In this document: piece after piece, positions 25,211-36,466 of the stretch | Layout: each line of letters begins with the position of its first letter | Numbering within the stretch: the stretch's first letter is position 1 | Source of the DNA: Sminthopsis crassicaudata | Lineage: Eukaryota | Direction of reading: 5' to 3' | NCBI RefSeq assembly: GCF_048593235.1 | Contig: NC_133622.1 | Span: 239,041,198 to 239,105,197, forward strand | DNA: 64,000 nucleotides | Position numbers and translations under genes: made by a program | Notes under the pieces: generated by a model | Database searches by the model: none | Told to the model about the DNA's origin: nothing | What the model saw: only the letters and a program-made list of their open reading frames with translations

Positions 25211-27739
25211 ATGTCTTCACCTCTTCACTCCAGACACTTTGCATGGGATCTACGAGTATTGGAAGTTATATGTACCCTCTTGTTTTAAGGAAATCCATAT
25301 AATGAAACATCAAAGGAGGATGCAGTCTCTTCAAAGGAAGAGACCAAAAATTAGTGTACTAGAAAATGAAATTTTAATGTTGAGACCTTTGACCTCAGTA
25401 CAACATATATGTAATTAACCTTTTTCATTTTAAAATAAAGCACAAATCTGCTCAGTCCTTCCACTCCTAGTTCTCTTTCCATGTTCTCTATTACCTATGA
25501 AATCAAATGAAAATTCTCCTCTCATTACCTCTCATTTTTCCTCCAGTACCCTTTTGAGAAACTGGAGGACAAATCTATGTCTCTTTGCAATAATTAGCAA
25601 ATACATTTAAATATATAGATAAAAATTCAGTAATAAATTGAGGGAAACCAATATCAATCAACCATGAAGTAATTGGTAGAATCAGTACTTGAATCTATCC
25701 ATTTTTAAAAGAGATTTTAATTCCTTAAAAATCTCTCTGATATTTCTTTCAGAAATATCCTGAAAGAAAAAGGAAAACAGCTGAAATGAACCATTAGAAA
25801 TGAATTCCTTTGAATTCCTTTCTCCTGTTAATGACTTTTTCCTTCTACAAATGCATTAAAAAAATTTCTTTATCAATGCAACTGCTTATTTGAGTGGTAG
25901 AGAATTGAGCCATTCCTATTCATAGGAAGACTCTTCTTTTCCTGATGATTGTGGTGTAGCCAACAAAGAAAATTAAGTTCCTCCTTATAGGTTACTAGAT
26001 AAATTATGGTGAGGAGGGGTTTGGAGGGGGAAGGAATAGAAGCTATTTGCTTTTGATTATTGAGTTAACTCCTAATGCCAAAATTATTTGCATATATCAA
26101 ATATATTTTTTTTGCCTGTGACAATGAGATCAACTATGAAAAATTTCAGAGTTTTTCTTTTTTAAACTGCTTCCATTTCACTGAGATTCATTTCTCTTAA
26201 TGTCATACTATTTCCTGCACATATCTTTCCAAAGACAATGAAATTATTTCATTCAGTACAACATATTGTCTTTATCTCCTTCAAATTCAAGCTAAAAGAA
26301 CATAGGGGAGGGTAAAAAGGAAAGAAAAAGTTGGGGAAGAAAAGAAGAGGAGAGGAGGGGAGGGGAGAAGAAAGAAGCAGAAAATAGATAACAGAAGAGG
26401 AAGGAAATGGAGGGGAAGGAAGAGGAGTGCAGAAGAAGAAAGGATTTGATTCTAAAAATAACAGACACTGGAGGAGAATTAATTTGAGGATTACATACCC
26501 ATATATGTACTTTCAGAAAATCATTTTGGCAGTTTACTCAGAAGATGTATTGAATTGAGGAGAGGCTAGAAGCAAATGATCTATTCTAGTACATCAGATG
26601 AGTGATGATGAGGGCTTGGACTTTTTATTTGAATAGAAATAAGGAGATGAATGCAAATTATATTTTGGAAACAGGTATGAGTCAACTAGCACCTATAAAA
26701 TATATCTTCCAGATATAAAAATTATATATATATATATATATATATTCACAAACATAATTTAAGGAGTGTTAATATCATGAAAAGGAAATAATAATCAAAA
26801 ATTTTCAAAGTTACCCCATAGAGGTATGGGGGTTAATACACACTATACTAAATTTTAATTCCTCCATTTTTTTGACCAAAATTCCCAAATAGGTGTGAGA
26901 CAATGTGAAATAGTGAATAAAAAACCTAATATGGTTTGTGAATGAAATTTCTATGCTCAGAATATCCTACACAGATGAAATTACTGTTGTAGGAAAAAAA
27001 AAGCACAACTAAATTAATTGATAAAAAGAATTCTACAAAATATTTTATATTTTATAAAGATATTAATATCAAATTTGGTCTAGGACACTTAGCACTTACT
27101 ACCTGTGTGAACCTGGGTAAGTCACTTATCCCCAATTGCTTGGGGTGGGGGGGATACTAGGTAAAACACATGATTTGCTTTATATGGAAACCATAGAAAT
27201 ATGTAAGATAAGTGAAATTTGATGGATTCAAATTGCTTCAGTATTATACCCAGCGTGACCATGAATGGTTTTGTCTCATCTAAAAAGGAAATATCCAGGG
27301 AAGGAACATATAAAAAAAACACAACTAAGCAAAAACATAAAAGTAAAGCTTATTAAACTTGTAGATGACATAATTTTAAGAATGATATATATATATATAG
27401 TTAATTAAATAAGGATATATATAAATGTCTTGAACAAGTAGAACAAAGGCTTAAATCTTAGATGACTGAACTAGAGAAAGACAAGTGAAATTTCTTCATT
27501 TTTGTTTCCATAAATCCAACTGGGGACATATAATTATGTACTAATTTATGTTAAAAACAATAGCAACAACAATAAAAACAAAAACAAAAGTAAAACTTTT
27601 TAGTGAATTAAAAGCTGAATTTAGAAACCAAGAGAATTTGGTTACCTGGAGTTAATTTGTTGTTGTTATTGTTGATAGTCCTGAAAAAGATAGAATTATA
27701 GCATATAGCCATCGAGATCTTCCAACTATTAAATGCTAT

Positions 27740-27754
27740 AATTTTCTTTAACAG
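27740..27754 (+). promoter_or_regulatory. Splice acceptor ahead of the OR coding exon
   Basis: ttttctttaacAG|aaaccATG. OR genes typically have non-coding upstream exons. Confidence 0.65.
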
Positions 27755-27759
27755 AAACC

Positions 27760-28704
27760 ATGATGACTGAAGACAGAAATCAAAGTACTGATGTCATATT
27801 CATCCTTCTAGGATTCTCTGATTACCCAGATCTCCAAGTTCCCCTCTTCCTTCTATTTCTGGTTATCTATGTGGTCACAGTGATGGGAAATTTGGGCATG
27901 ATTATGATCATCAAGATCAACTCTAAACTCCACACCCCCATGTATTTTTTCCTTAGTCACTTATCTTTTGTGGATTTCTGTTACTCCACTGGAGTTACAC
28001 CCAAACTCTTAGAAAACCTAATTGTGGAAGACAGAAAGATTTCTTTTGGAAGCTGTATCACACAGTACTTTTTCACAGCTACTAGTGTGTTGGCTGAAGC
28101 TTTCTTGTTAGCAGTAATGGCCTATGATCGTTTTGTAGCTATATGTAATCCCCTTTTGTACATGGTTATTATGTCTCGGAAACGATGCATGGTGCTAGTG
28201 ACTGGGGCATATGTTTGGGGCATAAGTTCTTCCCTTATATTTACCTATTCTCTTATTAGATTATCTTTTTGTGGGACTAACATCATTAATAATTTTCTTT
28301 GTGAGTATTCTGTCATCCTCTCTGCCTCTTGTTCAGATAGACACATTAGTGAAATGATACTTTTCATCCTTGCTAATTTTAATGTCTTGAGCACCCTCAC
28401 AACCATTCTCACATCATATATTTTAATTTTTGTCACTATCTTAAAGATGCAGTCGGCCAGTGGGAGACACAAAGCCTTCTCCACCTGTGCTTCCCATCTG
28501 ACTGTCATCTCCATCTTTTATGGGACCCTGCTCTTTCTCTATTGTGTCCCCAGTTCTAAAAACTCATGGCTCATAATTAAAGTGACTTCTGTTTTTTACA
28601 CAGTGGTCATTCCTATGTTGAATCCCTTAATATACAGTCTTAGGAACAAAGATGTGAAAGAAGCTGTCAGGAAACTAATGGACACCAAAATATGTTCTTT
28701 CTAA
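27760..28704 (+). CDS. Olfactory receptor, OR5D-like, intact, 314 aa
   Basis: All OR motifs are intact ([40 protein letters not shown]). Kozak context accATG. Confidence 0.97.
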   Translation: MMTEDRNQSTDVIFILLGFSDYPDLQVPLFLLFLVIYVVTVMGNLGMIMIIKINSKLHTPMYFFLSHLSFVDFCYSTGVTPKLLENLIVEDRKISFGSCITQYFFTATSVLAEAFLLAVMAYDRFVAICNPLLYMVIMSRKRCMVLVTGAYVWGISSSLIFTYSLIRLSFCGTNIINNFLCEYSVILSASCSDRHISEMILFILANFNVLSTLTTILTSYILIFVTILKMQSASGRHKAFSTCASHLTVISIFYGTLLFLYCVPSSKNSWLIIKVTSVFYTVVIPMLNPLIYSLRNKDVKEAVRKLMDTKICSF

Positions 28705-28982
28705 AATGATTTGCTGATTTGCTGAATCAGATCAACTTCTTGGCATCTGCAAAATCGCAGGCTGTTTTGCACTTGGTTTTAACTATTAGGGAATTTCTGT
28801 AAACTTAGGAATTCTCAATCTCAAAAAGAGACAGAGAAATATAAAGAGTCATAGAAAGAAAGAAATAAAGATATAGAGATACAGAAACTCATTGAAACAG
28901 AGATATAGAAACATGCAGAAAGACAGATACAGGCAAATAAACAAGACAAAGCTCTCACTGTGTGTGTGTGTGTGTATGGGGG

Positions 28983-29210
28983 GGGGGCAGCTAGTTGGTA
29001 CTGCATTGGACAGAGCACTAGCCCCAGATTCAGGAAGACTCATCTCTCTGAGTTCAAATCTGGCAGCAGACACTTATTAGCTGTGTGATCCTGGACTAAT
29101 CATTTAACCTTGTTTGCTTCAGTTTTCTCATATGTAAAATGAGGTAGAGATAAAAATAGCCCTGAATAACATAAGAAAAAATGAATGACTGAAAAGACTG
29201 AAAAACCACA
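28983..29210 (+). mobile_element. MAR1/MIR-type CORE-SINE
   Basis: ggggcagctag head, B-box-like gagttcaaatc and CORE gcttcagttttctcatatgtaaaatg. Confidence 0.8.
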
Positions 29211-30324
29211 ATATATACACATGTTTATGCATGTGAATGTATCCATATAGATAGAAGTATCTATCACACTTCTTTACAAGTTGTCTTCCACATAAATATA
29301 AGCTTCTTGAGAACACTGACTGGGCTTTTTGCCTTTATTTGTATCTTCAGGACTTAGTCTGGTGTTTAGCACATAAAGTAAGAATTTAATAAAACTTCTG
29401 GATTGAAAATAAATAAATCCCTGAATGACTCTCGCTTTTAATATATGTTTTCCAGTTTAAATGTTTTTCCCCTTTTTGATATCTGGTCCTAACTGATAAA
29501 TCCCCAAGAGAATTGAGATATTTAAAAGTAATGGAATATTGAATTCTCTCTTTTATGGAATTCTCTCTTTTATGAAAATATTACATAGAAAGTTACATAT
29601 TTCAAAATCTTAACAAAGAATGGTTTTTAGTATCTGAAAAGGAATTTATGGAATACAGAGTATTTCTGAACACTGTTTCAATATTTAACAGATAAGATGA
29701 GTCAGGAGTTAAGTCTTACAAGTGATTGAAATTTTAAAATTCAACCAAGATTACCTTTCATATCAAGCCCTCAAGACACCTTACCTCATTTATCTTAGCT
29801 TCATGATCTGGGAGAGGAAGAGGAACACTTTACAGGGGTGGGGGAGGAAGTCTTTTCTTTAAGGCCAGGAGCTTATGTTATAGCTTTGAGACTACAAATA
29901 AATCAATTTCATTCTCAAGCTAAATTTTTTCCATCTGGAAAATTTAAGATGAGGATCTTTTTCTTATAAGATTCTTTTGCAGAAAGTTCATCATAAAACA
30001 CCAAAGAAATGAGAATTTATCTTATTGTCATGCCTGTACTAGATCACATGATTCTTGTGGAAAAGGACTGGAACCTTATCTAAAATTTATACTCCCTGTC
30101 AATGATCATCATAGTAACCTACTTAAAAATGTATGTTTATGGAATTAAAGTTTGAAATTCACTGTTCTAGAATTAACTTTGAATCCATTGTCAAATGGAT
30201 CATATCAGTGATGGAGAGTATGAAACTCTGCCACATATTTGGATGATTTTAGGGTGATACAAGCTCTTTGAACAATTATTACTAGGAAAAAAAAAAAAGT
30301 ACAAAATTTAAATTTCTGTGGAAT

Positions 30325-30815
30325 TGTTGTGCCACTGTTCCCTTTCAATGTTCTGATCCAGTTTCCCTAATTGTCCTATTCAGTTACTCTGCCTCAGGTT
30401 AACCATTCCCTCTTAATGTTAGGATAAAGTCTTCTATCTTAGACCTTAGGCTATAATCATTCCCTCTTACTGTTTGATGGGATAAAGGTCTTTAAATATA
30501 TTAGACATCATTAGAATATCAGGAGCCTTTCCAGTAAGTTATCTTCATCCTAGGATTCTCCCCCTATTAGGTCATCCCCATCCAGGTACCATCATTCTTC
30601 TAACTCTATAAAAAAAGCTTGTATGAATGTCTGATATATTCAGATCATGTCTGATCTCACATATCTGACATTCACTGCTGGATTCTTTGAGACAATAGTC
30701 TCATTCAGTCCTGGGACCACATCATGGATCCATTAGATCCTAGTAAATCTCTCCCATTTAATAAATTATTAAATACTGTCTAATCTCTACCTTGCTCATT
30801 TTCTTCTGCATTACG
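30325..30815 (+). mobile_element. Solo LTR related to those at 11033 and 31787
   Basis: Starts TGTTGTGCCAC and ends GCATTAC(G), the reverse complements of those elements' ends. TATAAA at about 30608, AATAAA at about 30760. Empty site in U3 near 52640. Confidence 0.82.
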
Positions 30816-30950
30816 AAGTGGAAGTTATCATTATTAGTAGTATCATTACTGAGTTGATATTTGGTTTGAGTCTTTCACTTGCTCTGAAATCTACCATTTT
30901 GATATCATTCATATCTCAAGCCAATGAAGTTCAAGAGTTATCAACTAAGG

Positions 30951-31137
30951 CAGGGGTCCTCAAACTACAGCTTGCCGGCCAGATGCAGCCTGCTGAGGAT
31001 ATTTATGCGGCCTGCCAGGTTATGACAAAATCAGACCGGAAGTGCCATTGGGGTTTTTGTTTTTACTATAGTCCAGCCCTCCAATAATCTGAGGGACAGT
31101 GAACTGACCCCCTATTTAAAAAGTTTGAGGACCACTG
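30951..31137. mobile_element. Non-autonomous hAT MITE, OC1/OposCharlie-type
   Basis: 16-bp TIRs CAGGGGTCCTCAAACT and CAGTGGTCCTCAAACT. Perfect 8-bp TSD AACTAAGG (30943-30950, 31138-31145). Empty sites in U2 and U3. Confidence 0.93.
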
Positions 31138-31145
31138 AACTAAGG

Positions 31146-31360
31146 GGTGCTTGTGTATGGAGCACTGGACCTAAAATCAGGAAGATCTAAATTCAAAAAC
31201 AATATCATATTTACTATCTATATGACCCTAGGGAAGTCACTCCAACTCTCTTTGCCTCAGTTACCTTTTCTGTAAAATCAGGATAATAATAGCATCTACT
31301 TCTCAGGGTTGCCAGAGGAATCAAATGAGATAATCTGTATAAAGCACTTAGCCAGTTCAC
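31146..31360 (+). mobile_element. MIR/CORE-SINE
   Basis: gagcactggac...gcctcagttacc...tgtaaaat...tcaaatgagataat. Shared with U2 and U3. Confidence 0.7.
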
Positions 31361-31786
31361 AAAACTTAGAAAAAGATATATAAATGTTTCTATTAAATTT
31401 CAATAATTGTGTATTAATAATAAGCAATAAAATACAGAGAAAGGTACTCCTGATTTAAAGGAGATGGTGTATAGTAATGAGAAATCATAAAACAAGAGTT
31501 ATGTCTATTTTCTCTATATATATTTATATATTATTCATTGGTGGTAATTAAAAAGGAGTTAGGACTAACAAGGGAGAATCATGAAAAATTGCTATAGAAG
31601 TTAGGGTTTTAACTGCACTTGTAATAAACCAGGGTAGCAATAGAACAAAATAGGGGAAGAAGTAATTTTATATCTTCAGTTTAGTTTGTTGCCCTGTTTT
31701 GGTGTTCCTGTTTAATAGTATTTTAATATTAGAGAGCAATCATCCAACCTGTCATGGGTCAATTACAGAGTTAGATGATTATTCAC

Positions 31787-32462
31787 TGTAATGCTGGAGA
31801 AACTGGGGTAAGATAAAGATTAGAGAGCTTTTAATATATATATTTTTTTAATTTCTGAGAGGGAGAAATTTTCTGGGACCAAAAGGATCTATTTTTGATC
31901 TCATGGCTGAATCAGACTTTCTTCTCAAAGAATCCAGAAGCAAATGTGAATTTCCTATAAAATATACATGGCTCTACGCTTGGGTATACAAAGACAGGGG
32001 AGGAAGTGGAGTCCAAACTCTGGTGAACCGGAATCTCCAAGAAGGGGACCATTAATCCGGTTCTGACAGGTTGGGGTAGGACCATAAATTCTTACAAATT
32101 GGGAGGACTTAGGACTTGTCCAACTAGATCCAGGAAGTCTGAAACTTGATATAGAGGATACCAATTAGTTATCTCAGATAGGACAGCTGGAGTCTTAACT
32201 TTTGGAATGTCAGATCTCCACAGTCCTAATTATTTCAGTCCTAATTAGCAGAAAAGGGGAGTTGCAACCAGGGGGATTGAAGGAACTGAGGCAGAACCAT
32301 TTAGGGAAACTGAGGCAGAACAATTTAAGGACACTGAGGCAGGGCCATTCAGGGTAACTAAGTCAGGACAATAAGGGAAACTGAAGGAGGATAATTAGGG
32401 AAACTAAAGTAGGACAATTCAGGGAAATTGAGGCAAGACAATTAGGGAGCTGTGGCACAACA
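31787..32462 (-). mobile_element. Solo LTR with expanded ~24-bp tandem repeats
   Basis: TGTAATGC...GGCACAACA termini, near-TSD TTCAC/TTTAC, and empty sites in U2 (~43245) and U3 (~53475). Confidence 0.88.
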
Positions 32463-34479
32463 TTTACAATACTTCAAATTAGAATTGTGTCCTATTGCTT
32501 CATCTTGGGAGGCTTCATTAATAATAATAAATAATAATAAAAGAGATTTTAGTGTATTACAGATGATATGAAAGGAAAATGAACTTCTGACAGTACCTAT
32601 CTTTTGTGATTTCAAAAAAAATACTATTCCCTAAAGGCAAACTATGCACTGATTACTTCTTTGCACTCTTGCCAAGCAAGGTTATTATTTTCTGGCATCT
32701 TTTTCACAATGTTTATTGAGATACAAGTAAAACTAAGAACATTCAAACTAAATCAGGTGATTTACATGGTATCAATAGAGAGGAGAAAGTAATTCTAAGT
32801 AACAAACTTACTATGGAACACTTATTGAGTTAGATAATTATAATACTTTACATTAGAATTGTCTCCTGTTGCTTCATTTTGGGAGGCTTTGTTAATATTA
32901 GTTAAAAATATGTTGATTGATAACAAATAATATGAATGGAAAAGAAGCTTATGACAGTAATTATCCCCTATGATTTTGAGCAAACAATATTCCCTATAGG
33001 CAGATTTTCCTTTGATTACTTATTTGGGCCCTAGCCAGGAAAGGATATTATTCTCTAGCATCTATATTATCATGATTGTTGAGATACAAGTAAAATTGAG
33101 AGCATCTAGAGTAAGACAGGTGATGTGCAAGCTGGGAACATATGTCTCTCCATTTGAGTTTTGCCTCAAAATAAAAAGACATTTATTGTCTTCCTTCAGT
33201 CAGTTCAAAATGCATTTTAAATTTTCATTTTTGATACATTCTCATTATTTCCTTGATTGATCTTCCCATCAGATTTGGGGGAAGATGGTATTTTCTTCTA
33301 ATGGCCATTGTTTGCTACCAAGCCAAGCTCGTGATTCAGAGATTCATGGATCTAGGAAACAACTCTCTTTAATTCGGTGATTCCAGTAGATGTGTCTAGG
33401 AAATCCATTTTCTTTTCAGAAGCAAGAAAATTCTGTTTCCAGAAAATTTCTGCAAATTCCTTGATCTTAAAATATTACCAGGCAAAAAAGGTAGGTGCTT
33501 CTCTCAAATCCTCCTTTTCCTTATCATCATGGCACATTCAGTGGATAGTTACTGTTTTGGGATCACTGTACTAAGCCCCAAGAATGCCAAAACATAAATA
33601 AATAAACTGAATTTAAGAGCTTACAGTCCATGTGGGAATAAAAGACAGATACACACACACACACAAAAAAAAAACCTAATATGTATTCAGAGACCATAAA
33701 CTTAATGTCTTTTTTTTCCTAATATCTAATAATAATAGGTTTTTAGAGAAAGTGGAGTTATGGATATTAGATATTCAGGAAACCCTTGTGAAAAGGATTA
33801 ATTATAAGAAATCCTTAAAGTCAATGGGGAGTGAAAATGAAGGATATTTCAGGCAGGCCAATTTCCATGAGTAAAAACAGGAAAGAAGGAATAAATGTCT
33901 TTTTTCCCTAATACATAATTGGTTTTAAGAGAAACTGCAGTTATGAAGACTAGTTATTCAGAAAACCATTGTAAAAAGGCAAAGAGGAAGAAATCTTGAA
34001 CACAACAGGAAATGAAGATGAGACACATTTCAGGCAGGGCCACTTCTGTGAGTAAAAGCAGTAAGGAAGGAAGTCATGTTGTATTTCCCAACATTATGAT
34101 TAGTATAATGTAGCTAGATTACCAGATTATAGACATACGATTGTAAAGATAGATATTGTTCACAATAAATAAGGACTTGAATGTCAGGTAATGGAGTTGA
34201 TGATTGGCTATATAGCTTTTCAGATTCTCTGGTATAGAGATTTAACTGGATCATACCAAAAACTTTTCTTCCATCAAGTCTCAAATGAAGGTATCAGGAG
34301 CTCAGATTTCTGATTCAAAATTTTCTTATTTTCCAAATGAACATCAGCTTCCCCTAATATCTGCTCAAAGTGTCCTGGAGTCAAAGAAAGCCTTGTCTCT
34401 TATTTATTTCCATCGTGCTATAATTGGTGCTAAATCTATTCTTGTGTGTGTCAGCTTTCAAAATCAATGAGAGAGGACG

Positions 34480-34622
34480 ATTAGATGACACAATGGATAG
34501 ACTACCAGTCTTGTGGTCAGAAGGGCCTGAGTTCAAATGCAGCCTCAGATACTTGAGGCTTTCTAAGTGGTGTGATCCTGGACAAGTTACTCTACCCCCA
34601 AAACAAAACAAAAGAAAAAATG
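34480..34622 (+). mobile_element. WSINE-like SINE that predates the triplication
   Basis: A- and B-box-like head and A-rich tail. Paralogous copies at about 44632-44808 and 54890-55030. Confidence 0.75.
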
Positions 34623-35351
34623 CACAATCAAGATTATTAGATAATCAGTTTCTTCTAGGAAGTGACCATCTAATTATTTGACCTTTTATCACCAATACCA
34701 TAAATGGAAAAGTGTTTTTTACTATCAGAATTATGTTATAAAGTATACATTTTTTATAGTCATAAGAAAGGCAGGATTCACATAGAACATTTATTTGGTG
34801 GATAATGGACTTTATTTCTGGAGTATGATTATCTAAACCCATTTTTTAAAAACATTCTCAACTGTTTGTTTTAAAAGATAAAAGAATTGATGAATATCCA
34901 GATTCCTGTGTACTTGAGAAATATATCCAAATTAACATAAACATATTTTAATAGACCTGAGGACGGTTTTTGTATATTCAACATAGCTTGGGACAATAGA
35001 AAAATATATTACATCATAAAAAGCAGGTCTGATGTTTATATGAAGTGTTTTCTTTAGGTCTCATCCCCTGTTTGTAAATCACATAACTTTCTAAGAAGAA
35101 GAAAAAATATATTAAGATTTGGGGAGGAAGAAAAATGAAAGCATAAATTGAAAATGCAGTATTTTGGAAAATATTCTTCATGTCCCCTACCTTTTCCTTT
35201 TTTTCTCTTCCTTTCCCATTATTTCAACTTTCCTCACCTTTGAATTATGAGTCCATTTTATTTCCCTTTCTCCTCATCTATTCCTTCTGAGTATCTAAAC
35301 AATCTGATTTGATTTAAGATGTCAATAAATATTAAACTATTGAAATATAAT

Positions 35352-35470
35352 AATAATGATGATGATGATGATGATGATGACTTGTTTTTGCAATTGGGGT
35401 TAAGTGACTTGCCTAGGGTTACACAGTTAGGTGTCTGAGGCCAGATTTGAACTTAGGTCCTTCTAACTTT
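35352..35470 (-). mobile_element. SINE fragment with (ATC)n tail, specific to U1
   Basis: caattggggttaagtgacttgcc...gccagatttgaac is WSINE/MIR-like and absent at the paralogous site in U2. Confidence 0.65.
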
Positions 35471-35808
35471 ATGTACTTTGCTATTATAACTGTAATTATT
35501 ATTAATTATTTTGTCTTGACCTCTAATTTCTTTTGTATAAACAAATTTCATTGTGAAATCAACTTTTTCCAAAATATATTGACCCTTGTCCTGTTACTTG
35601 GAATGTTAATGAATTGCAGTTAAGCAATTGTTCCAGGGTCAAAGATTAGTATAGGTCAGAGAGAAGATAAGAATCTAGAACTTTCTGACTTCAAGCCTGA
35701 CCTTTTATCTATTAGAAAATATTGGCTTTCATAGCAGAAACATGCAATTTCTTTAAATGTTCTTTGATTGTCATCATTTATTTTAGACAACCTTCATCTC
35801 ATTACCTA

Positions 35809-36400
35809 CCGTGTTTCCCCGATAATAAGACACTGTCTTATTATTTTTTTGGGACTAAAAAACACCAGAGGGCTTATTTTCAGGGGAGGGCTTATTTTAT
35901 CCTCCATCATGCCCCTTTTATCCTCCATCATGCCCATTTTAGCCTCCATCATGCCCCTTTTATCCTCCATCATGCCCATTTTAGCCTCCATCATGCCCCT
36001 TTTAGCCTCCATCATGCCCCCTGAGTGCTTATTTTATTCTCCATCGCTTACTGAACTTACCGAGTTTTTAGATGGTCCTGTCTCAGCTCTACTCCGCGGC
36101 GCTGCTCTCAGTAGCGCCAGCAAGCAAATCACCAGGGAAGAAGAGGATGACGCGCTCACTGCTGCAGCTCTGATTGGATGCAGCTCGGAGCGCGACGTGC
36201 GTTTCACCCGGGAGGGGAGGGCAGCGCTGCTTACTGAAGGTACCGCTACGCAGCATATAGCGCAGGGGATCACCATGATGACCGTTTTCATAGTAAGTTC
36301 GATAGGGCTTATTTTCGGGGGAGGGCTTATTTTAGCGGAATATTAAAGAGTATGTGGGTGTCTTATTTTCAGGATAGGTCTTATTATCGGGGAAACACGG
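35809..36400. mobile_element. Tc1/mariner-superfamily MITE (Tc2/pogo-like), 592 bp
   Basis: Perfect 23-bp TIRs CCGTGTTTCCCCGATAATAAGAC and a TA TSD (35807-35808, 36401-36402). No transposase. Absent from U2 and U3. Confidence 0.93.
35899..36021. repeat. 21-bp minisatellite, about 6 copies, inside the MITE
   Basis: Unit a(t/g)cctccatcatgccc(c/a)tttt. Confidence 0.97.
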
Positions 36401-36404
36401 TATG

Positions 36405-36434
36405 TCCTTTTCATTGTACTATTCTTCTTTGCAG
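36405..36434 (+). promoter_or_regulatory. Splice acceptor of the OR coding exon, conserved in U1-U3
   Basis: ttcttctttgcAG|gattta. Paralogous AG at 45895-45896 and 56675-56676. Confidence 0.7.
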
Positions 36435-36466
36435 GATTTATATTTAAAATTCTTTCAAATTTAGCC

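Noticed and set aside
29541-29574. Perfect 17-bp tandem duplication
   Set aside because: Ordinary slippage event with no evident consequence.
32283-36021. Short periodic repeats as a possible CRISPR-like array
   Set aside because: There are no unique spacers. They are tandem repeats inside an LTR and a MITE in a mammalian genome.
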